Of a stretch of 64,000 nucleotides of DNA, positions 50,665 through 64,000 are shown piece by piece; position 1 is the stretch's first letter; the number at the start of each line of letters is the position of its first letter. Below the pieces are notes generated by a model. That model had not been told where the DNA came from. It saw nothing but the letters and a program-made list of their open reading frames with translations, and searched no databases. The translations under genes and the position numbers were made by a program. This DNA is from Utricularia gibba (Eukaryota > Plantae > Magnoliophyta), in NCBI GenBank assembly GCA_002189035.1, contig CM007992.1, forward strand, positions 1-64,000, written 5' to 3'.

Positions 50665-52704
50665 ATGGGAACTGGTGAAGCGACTCCTACAAAATCACCT
50701 ACGCCGGCATCATCAGTGCCTGTACGGTGTAGTGTTTGTTTATGTTTCGCCTCAAAAAGAGTGTAAACTTTTAGTTGTTGTCGTTACAGGAAGTATCGTT
50801 GACACCTACCATGCCAGCATACCTTGATTGGTCGAGCCATGTTCAGGTGTTTATGTTTCCATTAGTTCTTTTTGTTTCCCATTTCTTAAGTTATTTTTCC
50901 TTCCAATGGAAAAAAGTGAAAAAGTTGCTGTTTTTCTTATCACTGTAGACTTTATATGGCGCCGGAGCCACCCCTCCTTTCTTTGCTTCAACTCTTGCTT
51001 CTCCCGCGTCACATCCCTATTTGTGGGGAGGCCAGGTTAATACTTAATGGGATAGGAACCTTTTTGTTAGTATGCTCTGTATATTTCTGAATTTCGAATC
51101 ATGTATCATAACTGTTTTCAATTTATCTCAGCATCCCGTAATGGCACCTTATGGTACCCCAGTGCCATATCCAGCTCTATATCCTCATGGTGGAGTCTAT
51201 GCTCATCCTAGTATGGCTCTGGTAATTGAAGCAAGAGTACTGGATCTTTTCCTGAATTGAAGTAGGTCTATAGTTTGATGCTCTGCAATTGAGCGCCATG
51301 AAATGATAGTTCTAAGCAGTGCGGCTTATTGGACTTCAGAAGTCATTTTTATTTCATTTTTTTTAAAAAAAATCGTTTTACAGACTCCTGGTGCAGTACT
51401 TGGTACTTCAGAGCCCGAAACTAGGGAAGCTGAAGGGAGAGAGCAGGCAAGCAAAAAATCTAGGGGGGATCAGTAAGCCACTCAGTTAAAAGCGGGGATG
51501 GTGGGAACACTGCCTCAGGCTCTGGAAATGATGCTGGTACCCAAAGGTGCTTCAGAAAATTCAGTAACTTAATCTCTGTCCTTAGGGAGTTCTGTGCATT
51601 CATTTTTCTCATGGTTAATGTGCTATTTGTCCAATAATTTATTTTTATGGAAAGTGTTGAAACCGGAAGTGGAGGTTCGTCAGATGGAAGTGACAATGAC
51701 AATAACCAGGTGGCTTCTCAGCTTACATTCAAGCCAGTTTTTATTTATTTACATTTTCATGGTGTTTATTCAACGAACAGATTATCATTGCAGGAATTTT
51801 CAGCACCAAAGGGAAAAAGCTTTGACCAAATGCTTGTTGCTGGTAAGTATCTTCAATGCTAACCAAATTTTCTCTTTGTCTGAGCTAATTTATTTTATAG
51901 GGGCAAGTGCGGTAAATAATGGTGCGCCTACTAATCACCAGGCACCAGTGCCTGGCCATGTAGTGGCAGTTCCTGCAACAAATCTTAATATTGGAATGGA
52001 TTTGTGGAATGCCTCTCCTGGTCCGGGGGCTATGAAACTGCATCCTCACCCCCCTGGTGTTTCTCCAGCTGTTGCGTCACCAGGCATTGCCAAAGAGCAA
52101 TGGATTCAAGTATGCCCCGTCTCCTGAAGGAATGAAGTAACTATCATGACTCTCGTTTCTTTTATATTCTTTGAAGAATAATGCAGGGTATCCATGGTTG
52201 CAGGATGAACGTGAACTGAAAAGGCAAAAGCGAAAACAATCTAATCGTGAGTCTGCTAGGAGGTCACGAATGCGTAAGCAAGTATGTGCATTCTAGCTAG
52301 CTTCAAAAATTCATTGGTTTATATAAACCCAGTGGTTTTGTCTTCCGACCTCAGCTTGAGCATTTTAATCCGTTGATGAAGCCTATGTCTTTCTCATTGT
52401 AGGCCGAGTGCGAAGAGCTACAGCACAAGGTGGAAGTGTTAACCAACGAGAACCGTACCTTGCGAGATGAGCTGCAAAGGCTTTCTGTAGAGTGTGAGAA
52501 ACTTGAATCAGAGAATGCCTCCATGAAGGTCGGGTCCACCTTTTTCTTTATTTTTTTTAAATTTCTTTTCCGCTTCATGGTAATGAAATCAACTGCTAGC
52601 TGTGCATGAAACAGGAGGAGCTAACCAGGTTGTGCGGGCCTGAGATGCCGTCTAATTTGGAGAAAAGCAGCTCTCCTTCACGGGAAAATGAAGCTAATAG
52701 TTAG
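50665..52704 (+). CDS. Group-G bZIP G-box binding factor (GBF1-like)
   Basis: Pro-rich N-terminus [70 protein letters not shown]. One apparent G missing at 51463-51468. Confidence 0.92.
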
Positions 52705-53763
52705 AAGAGGGAAATTCTGTAGTCGAATGAGATGTACGAATACTGGTGCTGCGTGGTGTGAAGAAGCCATCTTCTGCCCATTGCAACTCCCATTCGATGT
52801 ACGAATTCACCAAGGTGTTGTAATGATTCTGATTTTCATATATACAGCCATTCATGCCTTACAATTTCCAAGAAGCCCTTTTCACTTGTTACGTGTTCTT
52901 CAAGTCATGGTGCACAGGCTCACCAATTACTAGAGATACCGATGGCACAAGATGATGCCATTTGCCCACAAATATGAGGCATTGTTACACTGGAAACTAC
53001 ACATATGAGACTTTCCACTCGTAGCAGACTGTAAGAACAAGGCGGAATCTTTTCGAAACGCAACGTAAAAGGTAACGGCAGGCCCGCTTTGATATGGCAA
53101 GGTGGTCAGCGGATTCAAGGGAAATATCCATACGTGTTTTGCTTGCTATGCGCTCGGCATGTTTGTCCAGCTCGCTTCACATTCGTATTAGTGAGCAAAC
53201 TGTGCATTAAATGAACAAGCTTAGGGTCTGCGTTGCACGGTGAGAATTGTTTAAGAGTTGCAAATACACAATGATTGGCACTTGATGAATGACATCGTAC
53301 TCATGACTGGAGAGAGAAATACACGAGAAATGAAAAAAATCTTGTTTAGGATGGAAATCGGGAAAGCAAAAGGAAAATTTCGCCAACCAGGATACTACTA
53401 CAAGAGAGGTATTTGGCTCAAACCAGTTCCTTGTGTCGCCCAGGCTAGGGCAGGATGACAAACAGGATACCGACCGTCATACAGACCAATCAAACCACAC
53501 CCTTCGTGTCACGAGCTGACGCCAAGTGATCCTGCACAACAAAGTGATGCAGAAAAGGTCTACAAGAATTGTTAAAGAAAATGCCATTGGCAATCAAGAA
53601 GACCTGATAAAGAAGAAAATAAAAAAATATATATTTCAAAACGATTCATCTTCACAGAAAAATTGCATCATAGGCTGGCAAGGAAACAGTGTAAATCATG
53701 TCTATATGCAAAAGATCCATCGGTGAAAAGTATCCAGTTGACGAAAGAAAATGCACATGACAC

Positions 53764-54164
53764 TCACCGAGATAAAATCAAATGCTTTTGTCTCATCTCT
53801 TTTTGAGCCATTCGATAGTGAAGTTGGAGGCTACATAGCCATACTGAGATTAAGAATATCAGGAAGACAGCTGTAATCAAACACTTGTAGATGTCACAAT
53901 GAGTTTGCAGAATTTTTTCTTCACGAGTTCTGTGCGCAGATGCCAAAGAAGTGTTTTCCCCAAACGTTTCTAACTGCAATGTGCTGGTATTAGGACCTGC
54001 TTAGCAGAACCTGCGCTTTCTGAGAACCGAGAAGCATCCAGACGATGCTCAGAGTTTAATCCTGCATGTTCATCAATATAATCACTTTTCCTAGACCAAT
54101 GAGCGTTGAAGACCTGGGCTTTTGATACTCCGGCCATCACCATTTTTCTGTAGCTTAGAGGCAT
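53764..54164 (-). CDS. Hypothetical protein fragment with a predicted transmembrane segment
   Basis: Two adjacent minus-strand ORFs join into a ~133-aa frame if one base is added at 53996-53997. Hydrophobic CLITAVFLIFLISVWLCSL; plausible splice sites at both ends. No family recognised. Confidence 0.4.
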
Positions 54165-55659
54165 AACTTAAAACTACACTACTCAACCCTTGTTTAGTTG
54201 TAGCAGATCCAAAATCAACGAATTCACTAGCCAATAAATGACCTTTTTTTCCTCAAATAGCACTTCGTAATAGGCATTTCCAAATCCCTGAATCCCATTA
54301 CGTAGGCTACTTTCAGTGGGTGCAAGTGTTCCATCATCCGAAGAAGACAACACAGAAAATGCGAGCAGCCTTGTTCAACGCTTCAGCTTTCAGAGGACCG
54401 GCTTCGCCTTCGTAGTGGATTGAAGGACGTATAGCCACACAATTCCGTCTCAGCCCTCTTTTAAATTCAGCACCCGACTTAACACTACACAGTAAAATGA
54501 TCAACATGACACTGCACTGACACAAGTGAAAATGGCATTTCCATTTGAAAGGAGAAAACATAGGCGGATGAGAAATGGAACGGCTTATGAAACGATCATC
54601 ATTATGTCTAAAAAGGATAGTAAAAAAAAAGCAACAGAGCACACGTTTATCTCTCCAAACTCTAGACAAGTGATTACTAGTGGATCACCTACCCTCTTAA
54701 GAACATCGTTAATCTCCATCAAGTGGGAATGAAGAGAAAGCCATCACATTGGAGCAACTAGAACTCCACTAAGTACACCTATGCAAGGATGAAGCTTGAT
54801 CATGGGATAGGCGACTTACTTGTAAGCAGAAAAAGGCTAAAGAAGAAATAAAGGACCTTTAATTATTTTTGGTTTTAAAGTGAAAGTTAAATTACCTAAA
54901 CCCAATACTTGGTCTTAAATAAAAGAACGAGTGAGGGCTTTAATTTAATTAAAGATATTTTGATGTTTTTATCCTTAAATAAAAGGTGCACTTATTTATC
55001 TTTTCGAATATTAATCAATTTATCTCATCGACAATTGTTGATTTTTTTAAAAACAGAAACAATAGACAAAATAAACAAACATTCGAAACTATGTAAAAAA
55101 TGAATCATGATTTAGAATAATTATAAATATTTAATTCACCAATAAAATCCATATATATATGTATAATACACATAAATGAATATATGATTTATCATTTTTT
55201 TCTAACATTACTTACTCATCATTTTTATAGTAAGACAATCTTTTATGTAAAACCTCTTTGATTTTATTCAAAACCTTTGCATGCAATCTATCAAAATCTC
55301 TTTATGTGCGAAGAGCGCAGCAAATCACAAGTCTCGTCTGAGGTCGCTGCATCGATCATTTTCGAGCTTCGGTAGACTCGACTCGAGGGGCCTCCTGCTG
55401 TGCTCCATTCCTCTCCTCCTAATTTTGCCTCCAAATCAAAAGTACACAAAGAACAGTGTGGGTAATCGAATCGATTAACCCATCTCTTTCTTATTTAATT
55501 ATGTATATATTTCTATATTCCGAGGGGCTAATTCTCCTCCCTTTGCTTCATGGGCAACCTTAAGCTTTCAGCCTTCAAGCAATTGATAAATTCCAGTCTT
55601 GGCGGAGTGCGCATCCATTAATCAGTGGGGACTGCAACAAATACCATAACGCTGCTGAA

Positions 55660-58600
55660 ATGTCATCCGTCGAAGATGAGGAGTCGCGTCGCCGGAGGAT
55701 GGAAGTTGCCCTAGAGGTCAAATCCCTCCGCCGCATAGTCAGTGCTTATCTAAAGTACGGACTTCTTTTCCGCTCGTGCTGATAATTTCTTCACCGGCCT
55801 TTTCTTTTTAACATGTTCTGGCTGCAGCGGTTTTATCCATTGACTCTTTTGGTCATGCAGCTATCCAGAGGCTGCTGAAGAAGACATTAAACGCTATGAA
55901 GGATCCTTCAAGAAGATTCCCTTACCTCACAAGGTTCTCTCATTCTCCTCTTTTTTTTTCAGCGTCTTGTTTTGAGAAAATGTATGGTTTAACTGCCGCG
56001 TGTTTATCCTGTAACGTGCTTTTCTAAAGATACACTTTTTTACAGTACAGCGGTACAGAACAGAAGAAAATAAAAATTTCATAAAAGGGAAACACACCCT
56101 AAGAATGCAACATATATTATGTGCATGCTGGTAGGGATGAAGATCATGAGAATAGCACCATTTTGTTCCTTTTATGTGTGTGGAATATTATTGGCAATTG
56201 ACTAGTCATTCTGTTTATGCTGGTGGCATTCTGAAGACTCTGCTATCACATCTTCCCCTCAAGTTTCAGAGATTAAGATGGTAAACCGAGTGACCATTTT
56301 CTTTGTTTTCCATAGTTGAAATTTTTTTTTCACATCAAGACCTCATTTTGTTTGATTATTTATCTTTTTGGAAGGTTTTACTGCATGAAATTATCTACAC
56401 AACCTGCATTTTTGCATGCATGAATTTTCTCTTCATAGGGGTTTTTTCCTGGGATATGAACAATTTCTTGCAGGTGCGTTGCTCAAAATTCCTATTTCAT
56501 CTTTGAAATGCTTAAGGTGATTTGTTGGTTATAATCCTCTCTCATTTCCACTTTGTACCTGATGCACTTCATAGAAATTATTTATATTTTATGAGAAGCC
56601 ATCTGCTGCTTACTGCGATACAGGAATTTGAACCCCCTCTGGATATGAGTGCTGACGCTTATGATTGTGAAGATAAAGTCCGGGAGAATGTGTCGGATCC
56701 ACATTATGAAGGATTAGATTCTCAAGAAAATTTGGGTGATTTGACGAATAAGGTTCTGTAATCGGCATTCATTATAATGTGAATACTTTTTTAGTAAGTG
56801 TTAATATTTTGTTCATTATATCATGAAATTCTGAGATCTGTAGATTGAACATCGAGATCAGTTTGAAAAGAACATTTTGAGGAACTCTTATGTGCCCTGT
56901 GTGAGTGATCCGAAGGTAGGCACTAAATCCATTTGCTTTTATATTTCAGGTTTTCTTTTTTTTTTTCCCAGTAACACCGTAGCCGTCTGGACAAACCTCA
57001 CTTTGATTATGTGGATAAAAAGCGTAAACAGATCGGATTGTGATCAATTCGAAGAATCTCACTCTGTTTTGCATTAGTTTTAGGTTTTCTGGTCAATAAA
57101 AATGCATAATTGAAAGAATAACACATATCAGGACATAAATCAGTCATAGACAGGCATGCAACCTTCATGTGTAAATTGTAGGTTAATTAGCAGCCAAGGT
57201 TCTTCCTCTGCCAAAAATTTCAGGGAATTCTATATAGGCTTTTGCAATGAGAGGATGATTTTGCGCTCTTTGCACATCAGATTTGAGAGAATCTCAAATC
57301 TATGCGTTCACTTGGTTTTTTTTTGAACCTGGAACATTGCATTATAAAATTTTCTCATTAGTGTTATTTGTAAATTTCCGGGAGATATCTGCTATCTTCT
57401 GAGTATGCCATGTTATGTGTTCACATCACTTATCCTCATCTTTCAGTTATCACCATCGCCAGATTGGTTAGATCCATCCTTGCAGCTTCGAGTACCTTTA
57501 GCGGATGTTGACAAGGTTTGTTCTTCATTTTGCGCTTACACTCAAAACTGTTGTAAGGATCTAATGCCTTTTTGCCTGAGTTTTTGTAAAATGGTAGATT
57601 TTTTTTTTCATATTACACTGGTCATCCTTTCCAGAATAATTGCGATGTTTTTTTCACTAATGTAATGCAAAATAATAGTCACCTATTTTATATTTCTCAT
57701 TTGGTTGTATTCTTAACATGATCTTTATATATGGCTTTTTATTGCTTCAAACGAAAAATCTTTTTAGGATTATTGGGACCTGGGAGATTGCTATAACCAG
57801 GGTACACTTTCTTATAATAGGTTCGAAGCATTATTCGAAATATTGTCAGAGACTGGGCAGCAGAGGTATCACTGCAATTTAAAAACTTTGAAGATTTAGT
57901 TTTTAATAATATACTGTTATGTACACGGGGAGGTACTCATTCATTATTTTCTGCATCGAGTTCAGGGTCAGAAAGAACGCGATGAGTGTTTTAAGCCAAT
58001 TCTTGACGAACTTGAGCGAATTTATCCACAGCGTTCTGGTGAAAGGTGTGCTACCTTCCCCTTCCTGTTCAACCATATTGTTGGCATCTTGTCGTCAAAG
58101 TAATTCAGTGTTTTATCCAAATGCTATTTTTTTTTTATTTCTCCTTGGGCAGCCCTCCAACGTGTTTAGTCCCAGGGGCAGGACTAGGCAGACTGGCACT
58201 AGAAATTTCGTGTTTGGGTAATCTAAAAATCGGAATAGTTTGAGAATTTTTCTGTTTTTTTATTTTCTAGAATTGTAATAATAAGATATATATATATATA
58301 TCATGTTCCAGCTGATCAAATATATATATATGTATCATGTTCCAGGTTTTGTAAGCCAAGGAAATGAATTCTCTTACTACATGATGATATGCTCCAGCTT
58401 TATTCTGAACAAGTAAGAGATTCGCTATGTTTTTTGTCAATCCTTTTTTTTTGTATAATAGGTAAAGCCTCATGGTCTAAAACATACAATTTGTTATCAA
58501 TTTTTTTTTTTGAATTAGGTCTCAGGAAATTAATGAGTGGACTATATACCCATGGATACACAATAATTGTAATTCACTTTCAGACAGTGATCAGCTTCGC

Positions 58601-59817
58601 CCAGTTTCATTTCCAGATGTGCATCCTGCTAGGTAACTGTCAGCTCTTTGCTTGTTTAAGACTGTCCTCTTCTCAATCTTCATTCCATAGATTCATGTTT
58701 AGTTCAACTATTATAATGTTCAAGCACCTCTCTTATTGATCATTGAGTATTGTGTCAATGAGAGCGAGAATCCTAGTTTTTTTTTAAAAAAAATTGGTCT
58801 AACTTTCACTATCTTCCATTGTGCTCAACCTTAAGAGGAGTTTTTGGAACAGTGCAGGAATTACTGAAGGCTTTTCCATGTGTGGAGGTGATTTTGTGGA
58901 AGTATACAGTGATCCAAGCCACGTAGGTGTGGATCTGTTCTTTTGTTTCATTTTGAATTCCTGGACATATTTTATGTTTATTGTTTATTTTTCTGTTGGT
59001 ACATGTGTTTACAAAATGGGAGCTCAAGTTGTATCACTATTTTGAAAAAAATGAAAAGAAATCTGTAGCCAATCTTTCAGATGTTCTGCCGTTCCGTCCC
59101 CTTGCGCAAACAGTCGACTGTCATTTAATTTTACAAGTCCATTTTTTCAGGAAACTGGGATGCTGTCGTGACCTGTTTCTTCATTGATACAGCACACAAC
59201 GTTGTTGAGTACATTGAGGTTATTTCAAAAATTCTCAAAGATGATGGTGTGAGTGCCTTTAAACCCATTGTTTATGCAACTGAGATCTCTGCTTAAAGTT
59301 TTCGTCCCTAATAATTGACAGGTCTGGATAAATCTGGGGCCTCTGCTTTACCATTTTGCTGAATCATATGATTATGAAGATGTAAGCTTTGTTGTGTTCA
59401 CATGTTTGAAAATAGAGTTACACTGGATGTTGGATGGAATCTCTCATTGTTGAAGCAGGTGTCCATTGAGCTAAGCTTGGAGGACGTCAAAAAAGTTGCT
59501 TGCCATTATGGCTTTGAAATGGAGGTATCCGTGTGGTTGTGTTTTTCTTTTGCTGTCTACAGTTGCATTGCCCTTTGCCATAAATCTTACAAGTTCCAAT
59601 TTGTTTGGTGAAATAGAAAGAGTCAACTGTTACAACGACTTACTCTACTAATCGTAGGTCAATGATGCAGGTAAATGATAGTTTTCCTCACCGGGTAAAC
59701 ATATTTTGTGGTTTTGTCGTACACTTGATGCTTTATCAATGGATGCAGAGCCAATATCATGCTGCGTTTTGGACAATGCGTAAGAGGAACAGAGGTTGTG
59801 ATGGATTAATGCATTGA
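55660..59817 (+). CDS. CARNMT1: Carnosine N-methyltransferase (N2227-like SAM-dependent methyltransferase)
   Basis: LEVKSLRRIVSAYLNY, DVDKVRSIIRNIVRDWAAEG, CLVPGAGLGRLALEIS, DFSMCGGDFVEVY, WDAVVTCFFIDTAHN, VWINLGPLLYHF, SIELSLEDVKKVA, AAFWTMRK. Confidence 0.92.
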
Positions 59818-60436
59818 GCATAATGCTTGTTGCCTTTTTTTTTTTACCTGTTTGATTGTTTTCGGTAGCTGAAATCCTCCGCAATTCATGCAGCTAAAGA
59901 ACAAGCGGCCGTGAATACCCAACCCACCGACACGGCTGGTTGGTCATCAGCATTTTGAATTCATCAGGTCCAGGTGCTCTTCGCCAAGGAATGAATTAAT
60001 GTGCTATCATTGCGCATATTACATATGTACTGCTTGTAATGTGCACAGCTGCCAATTTCGATTTCTACATGGCATGTTCTTCATTTTAAAAGCTTGATAA
60101 AACGATGACAACTTTGAATTGAGAAACCTCGTGGTCAACCACGCTGTGACGAACAATGCCATGGAATATGAAGTCTTTTTTAGCAAGTTCGGAGTTTGCT
60201 CGGGAACCCGGGAGCGCTCATGTGGAGGCAAAAATGAATTCGCAGTTGGTGGTCTTCCAATTTATCGATATTTATGCAATGAGGGAACCCAGCTACAAAT
60301 TAAAATACAAAATAATTATATATCAACAAATACTCAACCAACAAAAATGCCTGAAACTAGGGAGAAATGTAGGAAAATGCATAAAACCCACGAAAAGTGA
60401 CGATTGGCTGACTGACTGATCTCAGTTTCGGAGATA

Positions 60437-63400
60437 ATGCTGCAGGAATTGCTTCTGGCACTTCTAGGTTACACCGGCGATCTTATAATTGATACCAGGG
60501 AGCAGAAAGAGTCCCTCAGAGTTAATCTTTCACCTGATGAGCCGCTCTCTGATGAATCAACCTTCAGGCTTGCCATCGATGTCTCCTTTGTTCAACCTAG
60601 TGACAGGTATACTAACAAATTTCAACTTGCATTTTTTTTTTTTTGTTACGATTGGACTCCCTTGTTGCGGGTATCGTTGCACATTGCGTGTGTTTAGGGA
60701 TCCAGGTTTCGATACTGAAGTTTTGTATCGTCGGTTCCGAACAGTAACTCTTATGATTTATTTCTTCCGAAATGGCACATCTTCAGCTGGAAAACAGGCT
60801 GAAGAACTCCAACTTAGAAGCATGCATAAGCCGACCTTTAAAATGTGTGATGTTCTCCTCATCAATATAAGCTACTTTTCTTCGTTGGAGACAAATAGGA
60901 ATAAGTAAGTTATACATGGCTCTGTCTACTGTCAGGAACCAAAAATATGAACTCTAGCATAAAAGCTTATATTAGCTTGGGCAATGAATTGGATTCTGGT
61001 GGGCTGCATAAGTTACAAGCGAACGAAAGGATAGATTTGAAGCAAAGGGGAGTTCGACCTGAGGGGCATTGAAAATAAGAATGCGGGCTTGCCCCAAGAT
61101 AAGGAAAGGTGTACAGCGCCTAACTTTGTATGCCACCCAGTCAATGAATCTAAAATCCCCGAGGGAACCACGTTGGTTTTAATTTATCTCGGTGGTTAAA
61201 GGATAAAATTTATTTCATTCTTCTATATCAGCACTTTAGCGCTGCATGCTTTCAATGATCACTATGAATTTATTGCAATTTTTATTATTATTAGCAATAT
61301 TATTTTTGTATCACATCCTATACTTTTTCATGTTGGCAGGGAGGTTATTGAAAGAATCATCACTCTAGGCTTTTACTACAGGGAGTTGGAAAGATTTTCT
61401 GCTCAAGCACGAAACTTGAGCTGGATTAGATGTTCAACCGTGTTGCCTGTGTCAAGAGCCACTGATAAGTTGAAACGGGACGTTAAATCTAGCTTGTACA
61501 GGAGGGCTATTGCTAACGGGATTGTTGAGGTTTTGTCCATTTACAGATCTTCTGTATTGCATATTGAACAGAAAATCCTGTCTGATTCCCTGCCTATCCT
61601 GGCGAATGTGACTGAAGGTCTCAACAAGGTATAGTTCGTGTTCTCTGCATTCAGAGGCAAATGATATCCTCATTCTCTTGTACGAAGTGAATCTCACTTT
61701 ATGTATTGGAGAACTGTTTGTCTTCCTCATAAGCTTTCCAATATGTATTCTTGACAATTCAACATTTTTTTAGTTCCTTGTTTTGTTGCCACCTCTTCAT
61801 GCCCTCATTTTGGAAATTGTTCGCGATGATGTATGTGGTGGAAGACTCCTCAACCTGCTACATAAGCACTGCCATTGCGGTGTTCCCGAACTCCAATCAT
61901 GCATTCAGAGGTGATCATTCCCTTAACTTATCACATTCAGTTATAGGATTATTTGACTTCGCGCTTTTGTTTAGTGTTAAAATAAACATACCCTGATTAT
62001 TGAGTGAAAGATTCTTCTTCCATTTTTTTTGTTTGCTGACACAGTATATGATCGATGGATGACTATGCCATACTGAATAACTCTTTTTCCTCCTTGTGAA
62101 TAATGTGCAACGTGTTATGTTGACATTCTCTTTTATTGTCATGGTACATCCCTTGCACATTCCAAAGATTGCATACCTCTCCTTGCCATCACGGTGTAGG
62201 ATATTTTACTTGATTCATGGTAATTGGTGCACAATGTCTGCACATTTTTAGGCTTCTGTGGCATGGCCATCAGGTGATGTACAGTCAACTAACGTCATGG
62301 CTGGTATATGGATTCCTTCATGACTATTACGGAGAGTTTTTTATTAGCAGGTAGAACTTTTTGTTGCATGCTTTCTGTTTTCAATTTCTACCTTCATGCA
62401 TCTGATGCACTTCAGTTCTCCATGCAGACAAGAAGATAAAGATTCCGAGCATGATTTGAATGCAAAGACAGTGGATAAGTTGGGACGCATGACCATTGAC
62501 GATGCATCTCTTGCTGATTGGCATCTAGGCTTCCATATTTCTTTGGTATGCATATTTTTGTTATCTGCTGTCAATGTTAACTATTAGTTTTTGGTATGTG
62601 TGCGCTTTTTTTAAAAAAAAATTTCTCTGGAATTTATGTAGAATTATGTCAAAAAATTGATGGACTTCATATCATTGACTCTTTTTTTGTTTCTCGGGCA
62701 TATCCTGCATTTTGTTGCCTGAACTATCTCGAGCATCTACCGTAGAATCTAAATCATAAAAATAAAAAAATGACCATGTATCTTCACTTGTATTGGAGGG
62801 TTGACCCAAAAATATATATATACATTTTTTTCAGGATATGCTTCCAGATTACATATCAATGGATGTTGCTGAAGCTATTCTGTTTGCTGGAAAAGCTATT
62901 CGAGTCCTTAGAAATCCGATTCCTGCCTTCCAGTTAAGGGAATCATCAATCAATCAGCAGGTACACAAGGGATCACAACGGTTTCCTGAACGTAGAGGAA
63001 GAATTTCTCCTGATGATCCTTCTGCCCAGTGTATGCTGGTTGGAGATGTGTTATTTCCTCAATCTGAGGCCAACAAAATTGAGGCGATGATTCAAAAATT
63101 GAGGGTATTCATTTTTTACTACCAAATTGCTGTTATATATATATATTTTTAATCGTTTTTGTTGGATTATTTTCTCTTCGTGTATTTCTCTAGCTGTCAT
63201 ACATTAATATCATGATTTTCCTTCTTGGGCATAGTAATTCGTCTTTACCTGCAGGAATCTTCAGAATTCCACAAGAGATCTTTTGACACAGCTATTGACT
63301 CAATCAAGGCTATTGCAGCAAGTCATCTATGGCAGGTCTTGTTTCTAAAATGTATTTTCATTTTTTCTTGAAAAAATGATTATTTTTTTTAATCATATAT

Positions 63401-64000
63401 ACAGCTCGTTTTTGATTGTGCTGACTTGAATGGCCACTTGAAAGCACTCAAAGATTATTTCCTATTAGCGAAAGGGGATTTTTTTCAGGTAATATATTTT
63501 TCTCATATTTTAGATCTTGCCAAACAGAGCATGTATCACTAGTGTTGTTTTCATTGACCGTGGTAGTATTTTTCTTTTTTTACTGTAGAGTTTTCTTGAG
63601 GAGAGTCGCTCACTGATGCAACTGCCACCACGCCAGTCCACGGCTGAAGCTGATCTTATGGTTCCATTTCAACTGGTAATTTTATGAATACCACCTGAAC
63701 CAATTGAAATTTTGGAGGCTTAGTTTGGTGGCAGATTATTCCTGCTATTTTTTTGGTGGATTGCATATTCTTCTTGTGCTGATACACTGCACATTGAGCT
63801 TGATGGCATCTTTAGACCTCTGAGTTTTATCCAAAGGGAGTTATTATGTGGTCATAATTATAACAGCGTTGTGCCTAGCGTTTTTGGATTTTACTATTCA
63901 CGAACTGGTGTGAATGAATTGTGTTTTGCACAGGCTGCATTAAAGACTATTGGGGAAGAAGATAAATATTTCTCTCGACTTTCGATACGGTATGAATTCT
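60437..64000 (+). CDS. GCP4: Gamma-tubulin complex component 4 (5' part; runs off the window)
   Basis: MLQELLLALLGYTGDLIID, LGFYYRELERF, SLYRRAIANGIVEVLSIYRSSVLHIEQK, GGRLLNLLHKHCHCGVPELQ, MDVAEAILFAGKAIRVL, LKALKDYFLLAKGDFFQ. Confidence 0.95.

Noticed and set aside
54850-55270. AT-rich tract as a degenerate MITE
   Set aside because: No TIRs or TSD identifiable. It is consistent with ordinary promoter-side AT-rich DNA.
1383-63152. Most short ORFs in the supplied six-frame track
   Set aside because: They are antisense or off-frame shadows of real exons, intron read-through, or telomere-derived. Many start at non-ATG codons.

Overview
Left end of a plant chromosome. Positions 1 to ~1430 are an Arabidopsis-type telomere, (CCCTAAA)n, with variant repeats at its inner edge. 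The rest is very gene-dense and almost TE-free: about 23 protein-coding loci with short introns plus one tRNA in ~62 kb, roughly one gene per 2.7 kb. That density suggests a miniature angiosperm genome, but the species cannot be determined from the sequence. Genes recognised by manual translation and splicing, in order: ALDH22A1, a universal stress protein, OEP16-2, AMSH3, a GATA TF, an FLZ zinc finger, dynein light chain, TCTP, HSBP (with a U12 AT-AC intron), a HIPP, a bHLH, PEP carboxykinase, BRICK1, a Cys/Pro-rich protein, two more HMA-domain genes, tRNA-Thr(UGU), an ABHD17 pseudogene, an At1g67050-like protein, a peptidase M50B-like protein, a MAGL/caffeoylshikimate-esterase-like lipase, RbcS, a group-G bZIP, a hypothetical membrane protein, carnosine N-methyltransferase and GCP4 (runs off the window end). 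About 14 apparent frameshifts are 1-bp deletions in G/C runs and are most likely assembly consensus errors. I found no convincing new multi-gene system. The best leads are the minor-spliceosome intron, a genuinely decayed ABHD17, an unannotated membrane-protein gene, atypical RbcS coding and promoter features, TCTP intron loss, and the telomere variant-repeat structure. All gene identities come from my recall of family motifs, not from database searches.
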